DNA of 64,000 bases from a virus, in IMG/VR virus record IMGVR_UViG_3300027804_000039, positions 1-64,000 of that record. One strand, given 5' to 3'. Within the stretch, counting starts at the first letter, position 1. Every line of letters starts with the position of its first letter. A program made the translations under genes and the position numbers. The notes beneath the pieces are model-generated. The model was not told the DNA's origin and made no database searches. It was given only the letters and a program-made list of their open reading frames with translations. This document shows positions 41,120 to 48,445 of the stretch, one piece after another.

Positions 41120-41128
41120 TGTCTCTAG

Positions 41129-41381
41129 CAGGATGAGCGGAACGGTTTTTATTTTCTGCTTGACCCCATCCCCTGTATATCGGTTCAGTTCCTCAAGCCT
41201 ATTATGTAAGTTCTGTACATAAACATATAGGTCTTTCCCTAGTCGTTAGTTCCGTAAGCGTCTGTATTGCTACAGATAGGGCACCTTCAATGGATTTCTC
41301 CTCCAGTGTTCCAAGCCTTGCGAGCCACCGTCTACTACATTAAGTGCAGTCAGTATAGTTTAAATTGCTGAAATCATCCTA
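41129..41381 (-). ncRNA. Y-like RNA Y2 (long, ~250 nt)
   Basis: AGGAUGA-UUU-CAGCAA ... UCAUCCUG terminal stem. Confidence 0.65.
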
Positions 41382-41389
41382 GAAATCAA

Positions 41390-41511
41390 CAGATTAGTTT
41401 TGTGCCCACTCTTTTACATGTTTGAGCTACATGTTTGATAGGCTGTGAAGTTATCTCTGCCCATCGTTTGATACGGGTATTAGCCGTGAATGATTTGCTG
41501 TAACTAATCTA
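41390..41511 (-). ncRNA. Y-like RNA Y3
   Basis: AGAUUAGUU-A-CAGCAA ... AACUAAUCUG terminal stem. Confidence 0.65.
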
Positions 41512-41529
41512 AAATCTTACAATAGTTCT

Positions 41530-41558
41530 ATTGTATGTTCTTTCCCAGTGTGTGTCAA
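41530..41558 (-). promoter_or_regulatory. sigma70-type promoter for the Y3-Y2-Y1-Ro60 unit
   Basis: TTGACA-17-TACAAT. Confidence 0.8.
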
Positions 41559-42493
41559 ATGCTTTTGGGCATCTCAGTCCAAAAATATTTAGATACTAAT
41601 TGTGCCATTTCGTTATCACCAAAAACGGACGGTGCTGTTAGTACTGTCTCTTTTGTTGCCAAATCCACAAGTTTAATATCCCCATGAATACGATTATCAA
41701 CAAACTCTATTTGATGTGTTTTGTTAATCAATCTATTATTCGTTTGTCCTTGTTTTAGATGAAATATCATAGATGCAAATTTATCTGAATTCCAACTAAA
41801 AAGTTCTTCGTCATCTCTAACAATGTATACCGTTTCACTTCTGTGAACAAAATCACAATGAAAATTGCCTAACGTTGTACTAGGGCTTGGTAGTTTCCAG
41901 TCAATAAGAAAACAAGGCAGTCTTAATAAATGCGATAAGTGTGCCATACCGCCTTCATAACTTATGATTGCCTTACAATGTTTGGCCAAAATCTCAATTT
42001 TAGTTTCAAGATCAAATCCTGAACGGTCTACAGTGATTACTTCATAGTCCATGGACTTTAGCCAACCAAAGATTCGTTGCCAGTATTCTAAATCTCTACG
42101 CTTACACCAAGGCCATTGTGTTATATCTGCGCCTTCGGGTGGAGTTTCATAAAACCCTGCAACGGCTATACACTTTTTCTCTGTTGTGTGATCAATTTTA
42201 ATGACCTGTCCGTTTACATAAACAAACATTGGCCTGTAGTAATTTGTAAATAATTTAAAAGGCCATCCAGTGTTAGGAAATTTTCCGTTGCCGGACGTTT
42301 GTTTTACTTCTAAATTACCTTTTGGAATTCTAAATATCTGAGAATATTTTTTTAGTTTATCAAAAGTCTCGTGGTCATTAGAAGTATACAAATTTACCTT
42401 GTCAGGAATATTTGCAAGAGCAGATAACAGGCAAAGATTGTCCCCTAGACCAACACTATGCTTGTTGTCTATGTGAACATTAATTTCTGGCAT
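41555..42493 (-). CDS. putative glycosyltransferase (GT-B, GT9-like)
   Basis: GLGDNL near N-terminus; EGGMAHLSHLL C-terminal motif. Confidence 0.5.
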   Translation of the reverse strand: MPEINVHIDNKHSVGLGDNLCLLSALANIPDKVNLYTSNDHETFDKLKKYSQIFRIPKGNLEVKQTSGNGKFPNTGWPFKLFTNYYRPMFVYVNGQVIKIDHTTEKKCIAVAGFYETPPEGADITQWPWCKRRDLEYWQRIFGWLKSMDYEVITVDRSGFDLETKIEILAKHCKAIISYEGGMAHLSHLLRLPCFLIDWKLPSPSTTLGNFHCDFVHRSETVYIVRDDEELFSWNSDKFASMIFHLKQGQTNNRLINKTHQIEFVDNRIHGDIKLVDLATKETVLTAPSVFGDNEMAQLVSKYFWTEMPKSI

Positions 42494-42725
42494 TCTTTTT
42501 TTCTAAATATGTTTGACAGTCAATACACATTCTACAACCACTAATAGCCTGTTGTCTAGCCTTGGGAATCTCTTCCCCGCACTCTTCACAATGGCTTAGA
42601 CTAGGCCCTTTACCAATCTTTGCTCTAATGGCATCGACTGCGGCCGTGTTTCGCTGTAGTGCAAGAATCTGTGCAATTTCTGCTTCTTCTTCGTTATTAC
42701 TTTCAAAAGTCTCTAAATCAGACAT
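42480..42725 (-). CDS. DksA/TraR C4-type zinc-finger protein
   Basis: CEECGEEIPKARQQAISGCRMCIDCQ. Confidence 0.9.
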   Translation of the reverse strand: MSDLETFESNNEEEAEIAQILALQRNTAAVDAIRAKIGKGPSLSHCEECGEEIPKARQQAISGCRMCIDCQTYLEKKNARN

Positions 42726-42740
42726 CTATGCTTCCTTGTT

Positions 42741-42815
42741 TGGTACCTGGACACGGTTTCGAACCGCGGACCTTCGCCGTGTAAAGGCGTTGCTCTACCC
42801 CTGAGCTATCCAGGC
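42741..42815 (-). tRNA. tRNA-Val(TAC)
   Basis: Cloverleaf, loop TTTACAC, encoded CCA. Confidence 0.9.
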
Positions 42816-42816
42816 A

Positions 42817-43047
42817 TTATTTAATTTTTCGAATATACTCTTTTCCAATTTTGCCTTCTTCAAATTCTAGAAGTGCTGTAACTGGAGTATGTCTGTGTTC
42901 AAAACGTTCGCTTGAACTTTGTTGTCTTTTAATTTCTCTTGCACGGGCTGCGGCCATTAGTACTAGTTCAAAGCGATTGCCGCCTGCATTTTCTACGCAC
43001 AAGTCCATGTCAATATTTGCGCTACGTTCACTCATAGATAACTCCAA
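42817..43047 (-). CDS. rpoZ: RNA polymerase omega subunit-like protein
   Basis: NRFELVLMAAARAREI...PVTALLEFEEGKI. Confidence 0.85.
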   Translation of the reverse strand: MELSMSERSANIDMDLCVENAGGNRFELVLMAAARAREIKRQQSSSERFEHRHTPVTALLEFEEGKIGKEYIRKIK

Positions 43048-43053
43048 AAATAA

Positions 43054-43082
43054 ATTGTAACATACTTATCTATAAATGTCAA
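43054..43082 (-). promoter_or_regulatory. sigma70-type promoter
   Basis: TTGACA-17-TACAAT upstream of rpoZ. Confidence 0.75.
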
Positions 43083-43086
43083 CATC

Positions 43087-43161
43087 TGGCCTCGCCAACA
43101 GGAATCGAACCTGTATTTAATTCTTAGGAGGAACTCGTTCTATCCATTGAACTATAGCGAG
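43087..43161 (-). tRNA. tRNA-Arg(CCT)
   Basis: Loop CTCCTAA, CCA. Confidence 0.9.
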
Positions 43162-43166
43162 CTGTT

Positions 43167-43265
43167 TGGTGCCTCTGGCAGGACTCGAACCTGCACACTC
43201 AGGCTTATCTGGCCTGTGCTTTGGCGAGGTATAAGCTCGCTTCTTTACCATTAAGCTACAGAGGC
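43167..43265 (-). tRNA. tRNA-Ile(TAT) with long variable arm
   Basis: Stem GCGAG/CTCGC, loop CTTATAC, ~29-nt variable region containing a CAGGC/GCCTG stem. Confidence 0.8.
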
Positions 43266-43270
43266 ATGAT

Positions 43271-43344
43271 TGGTTGCGGGTCCCGGAATCGAACCAGGAT
43301 CTAGAGCTTATGAGACTCTTGAGTTACCGTTTCTCTAACCCGCG
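43271..43344 (-). tRNA. tRNA-Met(CAT), initiator-like
   Basis: Loop CTCATAA; C1xA72 mismatch. Confidence 0.8.
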
Positions 43345-43352
43345 ATTGAAAT

Positions 43353-43429
<77 letters not shown>

Positions 43430-43436
43430 ATTAAAC

Positions 43437-43509
43437 TGGAGCGGGTAGTCGGATTCGAACCGGCTTCATTAGCTTGGAAGGCTAAGTCCTCTCCCAGGAG
43501 AATACCCGC
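43437..43509 (-). tRNA. tRNA-Gly(TCC)
   Basis: Loop CTTCCAA, U73. Confidence 0.88.
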
Positions 43510-43513
43510 ATAA

Positions 43514-43603
43514 TTTATGTAAACACACTCCGCACTTTTCGCAACGGTGGTGTGCAGTCCTTCCAACTTAGAACTATGTCTAAGCAAAGTGTGTTTACAT
43601 AAA
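43514..43603 (-). ncRNA. unassigned structured RNA
   Basis: Perfect 16-bp terminal inverted repeat enclosing small hairpins. Confidence 0.45.
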
Positions 43604-43812
43604 GTGTCTAGCTACTCTCACCACAAGAGCCCTAAACTGGGTGGCCTACCCCGTCGACGTACTTTTCCATTTAGACAGGTTAGCGTCCCTGCCTTTGTGA
43701 TTTCTTAAGTCGCCCATGTAAGCGGGCCTTACGGTAGATCCAATGCACCGTGTCTTTTATGGTACAGACAATTGACCCCCGTTTACTAACGGCTACGGGA
43801 TGCCGGGTTATT

Positions 43813-43887
43813 TGGTGCTGGTTGTCGGATTTGAACTGACGACCTACTGCTTACAAGGCAGTTGCTCTACCCCTGAGCTAAACCAGC
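43813..43887 (-). tRNA. tRNA-Thr(TGT)
   Basis: Loop CTTGTAA. Confidence 0.92.
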
Positions 43888-43893
43888 GTAAAA

Positions 43894-44052
43894 TTATTTA
43901 ACTCTAGACTCAAGTGTTCTAATACGATTTAGAATTTTACCCTTGTCTTTAGCACGACTAGTTTTTTCTAACATATCTTTCAACTGCGTAATGCTCAATG
44001 GTCCTAAACGTGTTTTACCTGTTTTAGTTTTCATTGGATCTGCGTGTGACAT
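43894..44052 (-). CDS. small basic hypothetical protein (52 aa)
   Basis: GAGG SD; MSHADPMKTKTGKTRLGPL... Confidence 0.5.
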   Translation of the reverse strand: MSHADPMKTKTGKTRLGPLSITQLKDMLEKTSRAKDKGKILNRIRTLESRVK

Positions 44053-44069
44053 AATTTCCTCTTTTTGTT

Positions 44070-44145
44070 TGGTGGAGGTAAACGGGATCGAACCGATGAC
44101 CTTTAGCTTGCAAAGCTACTGCTCTCCCAGCTGAGCTATACCCCC
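44070..44145 (-). tRNA. tRNA-Ala(TGC)
   Basis: Loop TTTGCAA, G3-U70. Confidence 0.92.
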
Positions 44146-44147
44146 AA

Positions 44148-44333
44148 TTAATCTGTTGTATCACCTTCTCCGTCCAAATCATAATATTCGTTTTTCATTA
44201 TAACTTGTTCGTCGAATTTCTCTGCGTCTGTCTTTTTATCTTTTTTAAAGATGTTATCGTAGTTATCACGATATGCATTAGTAACGCCTTTCGTTTGAAT
44301 TGCATCTCCTGTGATATCATTTTTTGCTACCAT
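44148..44333 (-). CDS. hypothetical phage protein
   Basis: MVAKNDITGDAIQTK; start trimmed to avoid tRNA-Asn. Confidence 0.55.
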   Translation of the reverse strand: MVAKNDITGDAIQTKGVTNAYRDNYDNIFKKDKKTDAEKFDEQVIMKNEYYDLDGEGDTTD

Positions 44334-44351
44334 CTTACTTCTCCGAATAAT

Positions 44352-44428
44352 TGGCTCCCCGAGCTGGGCTCGAACCAGCGACACCTTGATTAACAGTCAA
44401 GTGCTTCTACCAACTGAGCTATCAGGGA
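44352..44428 (-). tRNA. tRNA-Asn(GTT)
   Basis: Loop CTGTTAA, G73. Confidence 0.92.
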
Positions 44429-44439
44429 ACAGAAATTAT

Positions 44440-44628
44440 TTATTCACTGGTAGGAGTACCAGTTGTAAATCGTTCTTTCTTACTTGTCTTGGGAACAATG
44501 CTTGCAGAATGTTCTGCTTCGATGAACATTCTCTTCCAACCATTTCTATATTCATTAGTTCCACCCATTAGAGCAATCATGCGTTTTGCAGTCTTACTCA
44601 GTCTAAATGATGCAGTAGTCTTTGCCAT
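44440..44628 (-). CDS. hypothetical protein
   Basis: 62 aa with AAGGA SD. Confidence 0.55.
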   Translation of the reverse strand: MAKTTASFRLSKTAKRMIALMGGTNEYRNGWKRMFIEAEHSASIVPKTSKKERFTTGTPTSE

Positions 44629-44645
44629 ACTTTTTCCTTTTAAAT

Positions 44646-44740
44646 TGGCAGTGAGTAAGGGATTCGAACCCTTGATCCCCGTTTTTGCAGGAATGCCTTC
44701 TTAGCAGGAAGGTGCCTTCGACCAGCTCGGCCAACTCACT
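44646..44740 (-). tRNA. tRNA-Ser(GCT)
   Basis: Loop CTGCTAA, long V arm. Confidence 0.92.
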
Positions 44741-44747
44741 ATTATTC

Positions 44748-44832
44748 TGGTACGACTGGCCGGAATCGAACCGGCACGCCTTTCGGCGAGAGATTTTAAG
44801 TCTCTTGTGTCTACCTATTTCACCACAGTCGC
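44748..44832 (-). tRNA. tRNA-Leu(TAA)
   Basis: Loop CTTAAAA, V arm. Confidence 0.92.
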
Positions 44833-44840
44833 ATTACAAA

Positions 44841-45041
44841 TTAAATTCTACGCTTCTTCCAGTCGTATGTAAAGCCGTTTGGCAATACACCTTCTACAAT
44901 TTCGTCAGCACCAAAGATGCCAACTAGCTCAAACTCTTTGCTCTTAATAGTTACATACTCATTCATTACTTTGGCTGTTTTCATAGCCTCGTCTAGAGTC
45001 ATAACATTAAAAGTTATATCTTTTCCTTTTACTTCATACAT
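44841..45041 (-). CDS. hypothetical phage protein
   Basis: MYEVKGK...YDWKKRRI; start trimmed to avoid tRNA-Trp. Confidence 0.55.
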   Translation of the reverse strand: MYEVKGKDITFNVMTLDEAMKTAKVMNEYVTIKSKEFELVGIFGADEIVEGVLPNGFTYDWKKRRI

Positions 45042-45092
45042 ATTGTCGATTTCCTTTTCTTTTCCACACATCGCGACAACGACATTATTGAT

Positions 45093-45166
45093 TGGCATCC
45101 CGCCAGGGACTCGAACCCCGACCAACAGTTTTGGAGACTGGTATGCTGCCATTACACTAGCGAGAT
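45093..45166 (-). tRNA. tRNA-Trp(CCA)
   Basis: Loop CTCCAAA, G73. Confidence 0.9.
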
Positions 45167-45173
45167 ATAAACT

Positions 45174-45250
45174 TGGCGACCTGTACCGGGCTCGAACCGG
45201 TGACCCCCGCCGTGACAGGGCGGTGCGCTGACCAACTGCGCTAACAGGCC
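45174..45250 (-). tRNA. tRNA-Asp(GTC)
   Basis: Loop CTGTCAC. Confidence 0.92.
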
Positions 45251-45255
45251 AATAT

Positions 45256-45347
45256 TGGTGGAAGCGGTGAGATTCGAACTCACGGACCCTGTTAAGGATC
45301 GTCGGTTTTCAAGACCGGTGCAATAAACCAGACTCTGCCACACTTCC
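45256..45347 (-). tRNA. tRNA-Ser(TGA)
   Basis: Loop CTTGAAA, long V arm. Confidence 0.9.
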
Positions 45348-45352
45348 ATTAT

Positions 45353-45435
45353 TGGTGCCCCAGGACGGACTCGAACCGTCACGCTCGCGCACTGGCTTCT
45401 AAGACCAGCGTGTCTACCAATTTCACCACCGGGGC
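45353..45435 (-). tRNA. tRNA-Leu(TAG)
   Basis: Loop CTTAGAA. Confidence 0.92.
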
Positions 45436-45442
45436 ATAATTT

Positions 45443-45585
45443 CCATTTAGTAATAGCACAGTTTACTATTCTCACTCTACCCAATGTTGCTCTGCTACGC
45501 AGAAACAATTACTAGTATCATGGGCCCCGATTTGAACAAGGTTAGCCGTGTACATTGGCCTACGAGCTGTGCTATTACTAAATGG
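45443..45585 (-). ncRNA. unassigned structured RNA
   Basis: Perfect 19-bp terminal inverted repeat; 3 bp of it overlap the tRNA-Glu CCA. Confidence 0.45.
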
Positions 45586-45658
45586 TACTCGATAGGGGAA
45601 TCGAACCCCTCTTCCCACCGTGAAAGGGTGGTGTCCTAGACCGATAGACGAATCGAGC
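45583..45658 (-). tRNA. tRNA-Glu(TTC)
   Basis: Loop CTTTCAC. Confidence 0.92.
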
Positions 45659-45719
45659 AAATTAACTTTTGAATTTTTAACGAACGATTTTAGTCAGTTG
45701 TTTATCTAACTAAGTCTCT

Positions 45720-45748
45720 ATTATATAGCCTCTGCACACTCTTGTCAA
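45720..45748 (-). promoter_or_regulatory. sigma70-type promoter inside the tRNA array
   Basis: TTGACA-17-TATAAT. Confidence 0.8.
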
Positions 45749-45768
45749 TAATAAAGTGGCATTTTGGT

Positions 45769-45843
45769 TGGCCGGGCTTGCAGGAATCGAACCCACACCG
45801 CTTGTTTCGAAGACAAGCATGATATCCATTTCACCAAAGCCCG
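45769..45843 (-). tRNA. tRNA-Arg(TCG)
   Basis: Loop CTTCGAA. Confidence 0.85.
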
Positions 45844-45855
45844 AACGTATATTTA

Positions 45856-45930
45856 TGGCACCGCGAGTTGGACTCGAACCAACATCTTACGCTTTAGAAG
45901 AGCGTTGCCTATCCTTTAGACTATCGCGGT
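45856..45930 (-). tRNA. tRNA-Arg(TCT)
   Basis: Loop CTTCTAA. Confidence 0.9.
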
Positions 45931-45931
45931 A

Positions 45932-46008
45932 TGGTGCTCTTGAAGAGATTCGAACTCTTACTGTCAGCGACCTCAACGCTGTGCGTCTACCAATTGCGCC
46001 ACAAGAGC
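45932..46008 (-). tRNA. tRNA-Leu(GAG) with short variable loop
   Basis: Loop TTGAGGT; 5-nt variable region. Confidence 0.8.
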
Positions 46009-46009
46009 A

Positions 46010-46083
46010 TGGTGCTCTAGCCAAGAATCGAACTTGAAATACATTCTTACCAAGAATGCGTTATGCCATTTAACTACAAGAGC
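46010..46083 (-). tRNA. tRNA-Thr(GGT)
   Basis: Loop TTGGTAA. Confidence 0.88.
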
Positions 46084-46091
46084 AAATAAAT

Positions 46092-46194
46092 CGGGATGAG
46101 GTGCCTAAGACCGGGACTCGAACCCACGGCACACCCCCAAGCGGGCCGGCCTCGCGAGAATGGAGCGAGTAAGTTGTTTGCTGTAATCATCCCT
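46092..46194 (-). ncRNA. Y-like RNA Y4
   Basis: GGGAUGA-UUA-CAGCAA ... UCAUCCCG; internal T-loop-like GGGUUCGAGUCCC. Confidence 0.65.
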
Positions 46195-46198
46195 AAAC

Positions 46199-46318
46199 TG
46201 GTGGAGCCCCGTGGATTCGAACCACGATCACGTCCTTATGCATGGAATTTGTAAATTGCTGACTGTATCCTTGTCAGGATAACCTTTTTTACGTATGCTA
46301 CCATTACACCAGAGCTCC
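46199..46318 (-). ncRNA. tRNA/Y-RNA chimera Y5
   Basis: tRNA acceptor, D and T arms with CCA; anticodon loop replaced by AUCCUG-ACA-AGGAUACAGUCAGCAA. Confidence 0.7.
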
Positions 46319-46327
46319 AAAATAAAA

Positions 46328-46444
46328 CAGGATAGAATTTAACATAGTGCTACCGTTACACCAAACCTTTCGGCTGCGGAGTCGAACCGCTCCCTTACTT
46401 TTCAAGAGTAGTAGTTGTTATTAAATTTTGCTGTTACTATCCTT
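46328..46444 (-). ncRNA. YrlA-like RNA Y6
   Basis: Terminal stem plus CAGCAA; internal order T arm (GCGGUUCGACUCCGC), closed acceptor-like hairpin, D loop (UGGUGUAACGGUAGC). Confidence 0.75.
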
Positions 46445-46448
46445 AAAC

Positions 46449-46530
46449 TGGTACCCCTCCCCGGACTCGAACCGGGAGAAACTAACACTCCTTTTGAGAG
46501 AGCTGCCTTTACCAATTTGGCCAGAGGGGC
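46449..46530 (-). tRNA. tRNA-Leu(CAA)
   Basis: Loop CTCAAAA. Confidence 0.9.
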
Positions 46531-46540
46531 ATAAACTTGT

Positions 46541-46615
46541 TGGTAGTTCCTACTGGGATCGAACCAGTGACCCACACCATGTCAAGGTGTTGCGCTACCG
46601 CTACGCTAAGGAACT
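46541..46615 (-). tRNA. tRNA-Val(GAC)
   Basis: Loop TTGACAT. Confidence 0.9.
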
Positions 46616-46813
46616 ATTGTTTGAACTTTTCTTTGACACGTTCTAATGCCTCTTTACGCATTAAATAAGAACGCTGTTCATTTATTTTATGAACATAGAT
46701 GTATTCGACACCGTCGATTATCTCAACTCTACGAGTGTCTTCACATATAAATTTATCGTTGTTCATGCGATTTTTAAATGTTACAGGTTTCATAACACTC
46801 TCCTTGAATAAAA

Positions 46814-46928
46814 CGGGATACTATCGTTTTGACGAATGCTCTACCTAATGAGCTAAACTGGCATGAAGCCAACTGTTGGACTCGAACCAACTACCTATCG
46901 TTTGGATAGATTTGCTGTGAGTATCCCT
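46814..46928 (-). ncRNA. YrlA-like RNA Y7
   Basis: GGGAUAC-UCA-CAGCAA ... GUAUCCCG; T arm GUUGGUUCGAGUCCAAC, acceptor-like hairpin, D arm GCUCAUUAGGUAGAGC. Confidence 0.75.
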
Positions 46929-46933
46929 AAACT

Positions 46934-47008
46934 TGGAGCAGGATATCGGGTTCGAACCGATGACATTCTCGTTGGCAACGAGACATTCTACCACTGAATT
47001 AATCCTGC
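46934..47008 (-). tRNA. tRNA-Gly(GCC)
   Basis: Loop TTGCCAA, U73. Confidence 0.92.
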
Positions 47009-47260
47009 ATTGTCTAAAGAAAAAGAGCTCACAAAGTTTTGGTTTGCCGAAGCTGAGGCGACCTGATGTTACCGCACCACTTTATTTGTCTCGCCTAACA
47101 TGGAGCGATTCAATCTGTCAACGGACTCGCGCAGTACCACTATCCGCACATGTTCAGATCAGTTGTGATTTTTATAAAACCTTTAAGCCAGCCCTTCCGG
47201 AGCCATCTATCGTCCTTGCGGAACAACTATATCGCCTTGAGCACTTTTACTTTAGACAAT
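47009..47260 (-). ncRNA. unassigned ~250-nt structured RNA
   Basis: ~20-bp interrupted terminal helix (47009-47031 with 47238-47260). Confidence 0.45.
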
Positions 47261-47319
47261 TTATTTATAAATGCCAGGTTGTTCACCGCACAACCATGGC
47301 AAAGCGGGGGTCTGTTCTT

Positions 47320-47395
47320 TGGGGTGCTCTATGAGGATCGAACTCATACTCTCAAGGTCACAACATGATGTGCAGTCCACTACACTAAGAGCACC
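47320..47395 (-). tRNA. tRNA-His(GTG)
   Basis: Loop TTGTGAC; G-1:C73. Confidence 0.88.
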
Positions 47396-47402
47396 ATAGA
47401 AT

Positions 47403-47478
47403 TGGTAGTAACGGTCGGACTCGAACCGACGATAAACACCGTATGAAGGTGGTGCATTAGCCACTATGCTACGTTACC
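47403..47478 (-). tRNA. tRNA with CAT anticodon (elongator Met or Ile2)
   Basis: Loop TTCATAC. Confidence 0.85.
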
Positions 47479-47483
47479 ATAAA

Positions 47484-47699
47484 GGATGACAACTAGATTC
47501 TTCCACCACATACATTGGAAGCATTATCCGCAAATTATGCCGGCTGCGGTTATGATAGTCAAGCTCTTTTACAGATAACTTGTTTTCTCTTAGGGTACAT
47601 AAGTAATAGTGCTACTTGTTTGCTACTAGGATAATTAGTCCCAACTCACAAGAATTTCGAGGCTCTTGCTTTCACACATCTCACACCTAATTGTCATTC
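47484..47699 (-). ncRNA. unassigned ~215-nt structured RNA
   Basis: 13-bp terminal helix GAAUGACAAUUAG/CUAGUUGUCAUCC with wobble and mismatch positions. Confidence 0.4.
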
Positions 47700-47703
47700 G
47701 TTA

Positions 47704-47778
47704 TGGTAGGGGCACAGAGAATCGAACTCTGATTAATAGGTTAAAAGCCTACTACTTTAGCCGTTAAGTTATACCCCC
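47704..47778 (-). tRNA. tRNA-Lys(TTT)
   Basis: Loop CTTTTAA. Confidence 0.9.
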
Positions 47779-47781
47779 ATA

Positions 47782-47857
47782 TGGTCCCTCCAGACGGATT
47801 CGAACCGTCACCTCATCGGGTAAGAGCCGAGTATGCTACCAGTAACACCTCGAAGGG
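47782..47857 (-). tRNA. tRNA-Lys(CTT)
   Basis: Loop CTCTTAC. Confidence 0.85.
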
Positions 47858-47962
47858 ATGATCCGTAATCATTTGATTTTACGTGCCATCCGGACCATAC
47901 GGGGATCGCGGATGACACTAACGTTTACCTGAACGTTTCATGTCATTCTCCTTAAAAAACAA

Positions 47963-47991
47963 ATTATATATTCATTTCAAATTCTTGTCAA
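47963..47991 (-). promoter_or_regulatory. sigma70-type promoter inside the tRNA array
   Basis: TTGACA-17-TATAAT. Confidence 0.8.
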
Positions 47992-48059
47992 TGAACATAA
48001 TCAGTACTACGAGTAAAAGTAAAACAGCCACCGCCCCATGATTGTTCTCCTTAAAAAAA

Positions 48060-48123
48060 CAGGATGTATTTTTACGGTTTAGATTAAAAGTCTAATGTAT
48101 AAATTTTTGCTGTTAACATCCTT
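48060..48123 (-). ncRNA. minimal Y-like RNA Y8
   Basis: AGGAUGU-UAA-CAGCAA ... ACAUCCUG. Confidence 0.6.
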
Positions 48124-48128
48124 AAACT

Positions 48129-48204
48129 TGGTGCCGCCTCGTGGGATCGAACCACGTTCCGACGCTCTTCAGGCGCCTGCTATGACCACATCAGCTAAAG
48201 CGGC
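48129..48204 (-). tRNA. tRNA-Phe(GAA)
   Basis: Loop CTGAAGA. Confidence 0.88.
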
Positions 48205-48365
48205 AAATAGATTGGGTGCCTAACTATCCTCCTGGGAAGACTCGCTAGATTGTCTCGAATAGTCAAGTTTAACATACCGGCTTCAGTCATACTGTAGTGT
48301 CACCACAGTTAACCCCACTGTGGCTAGACTGGCAGGGACTCTAAACTATCGTCTATCCCAAAACT

Positions 48366-48440
48366 TGGTGCTCCGTGACGGACTCGAACCGCCATCGCCG
48401 GACTACAAAACCGGAATTCTAGCCTTTGAAATAACAGAGC
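48366..48440 (-). tRNA. atypical tRNA, probably Thr(TGT)
   Basis: Loop TTTGTAG with U31xU39 mismatch; anticodon register slightly ambiguous. Confidence 0.65.
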
Positions 48441-48445
48441 AAAAT

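Noticed and set aside
43610-43810. Possible RNase P RNA (AACCCGGC and GGAAAAGU-like words)
   Set aside because: The words occur in the wrong order and match poorly; the region is left unassigned.
47261-47319. Possible HDV-like (theta) ribozyme after tRNA-His
   Set aside because: A hairpin is present, but I could not build the nested double pseudoknot or place a catalytic C.
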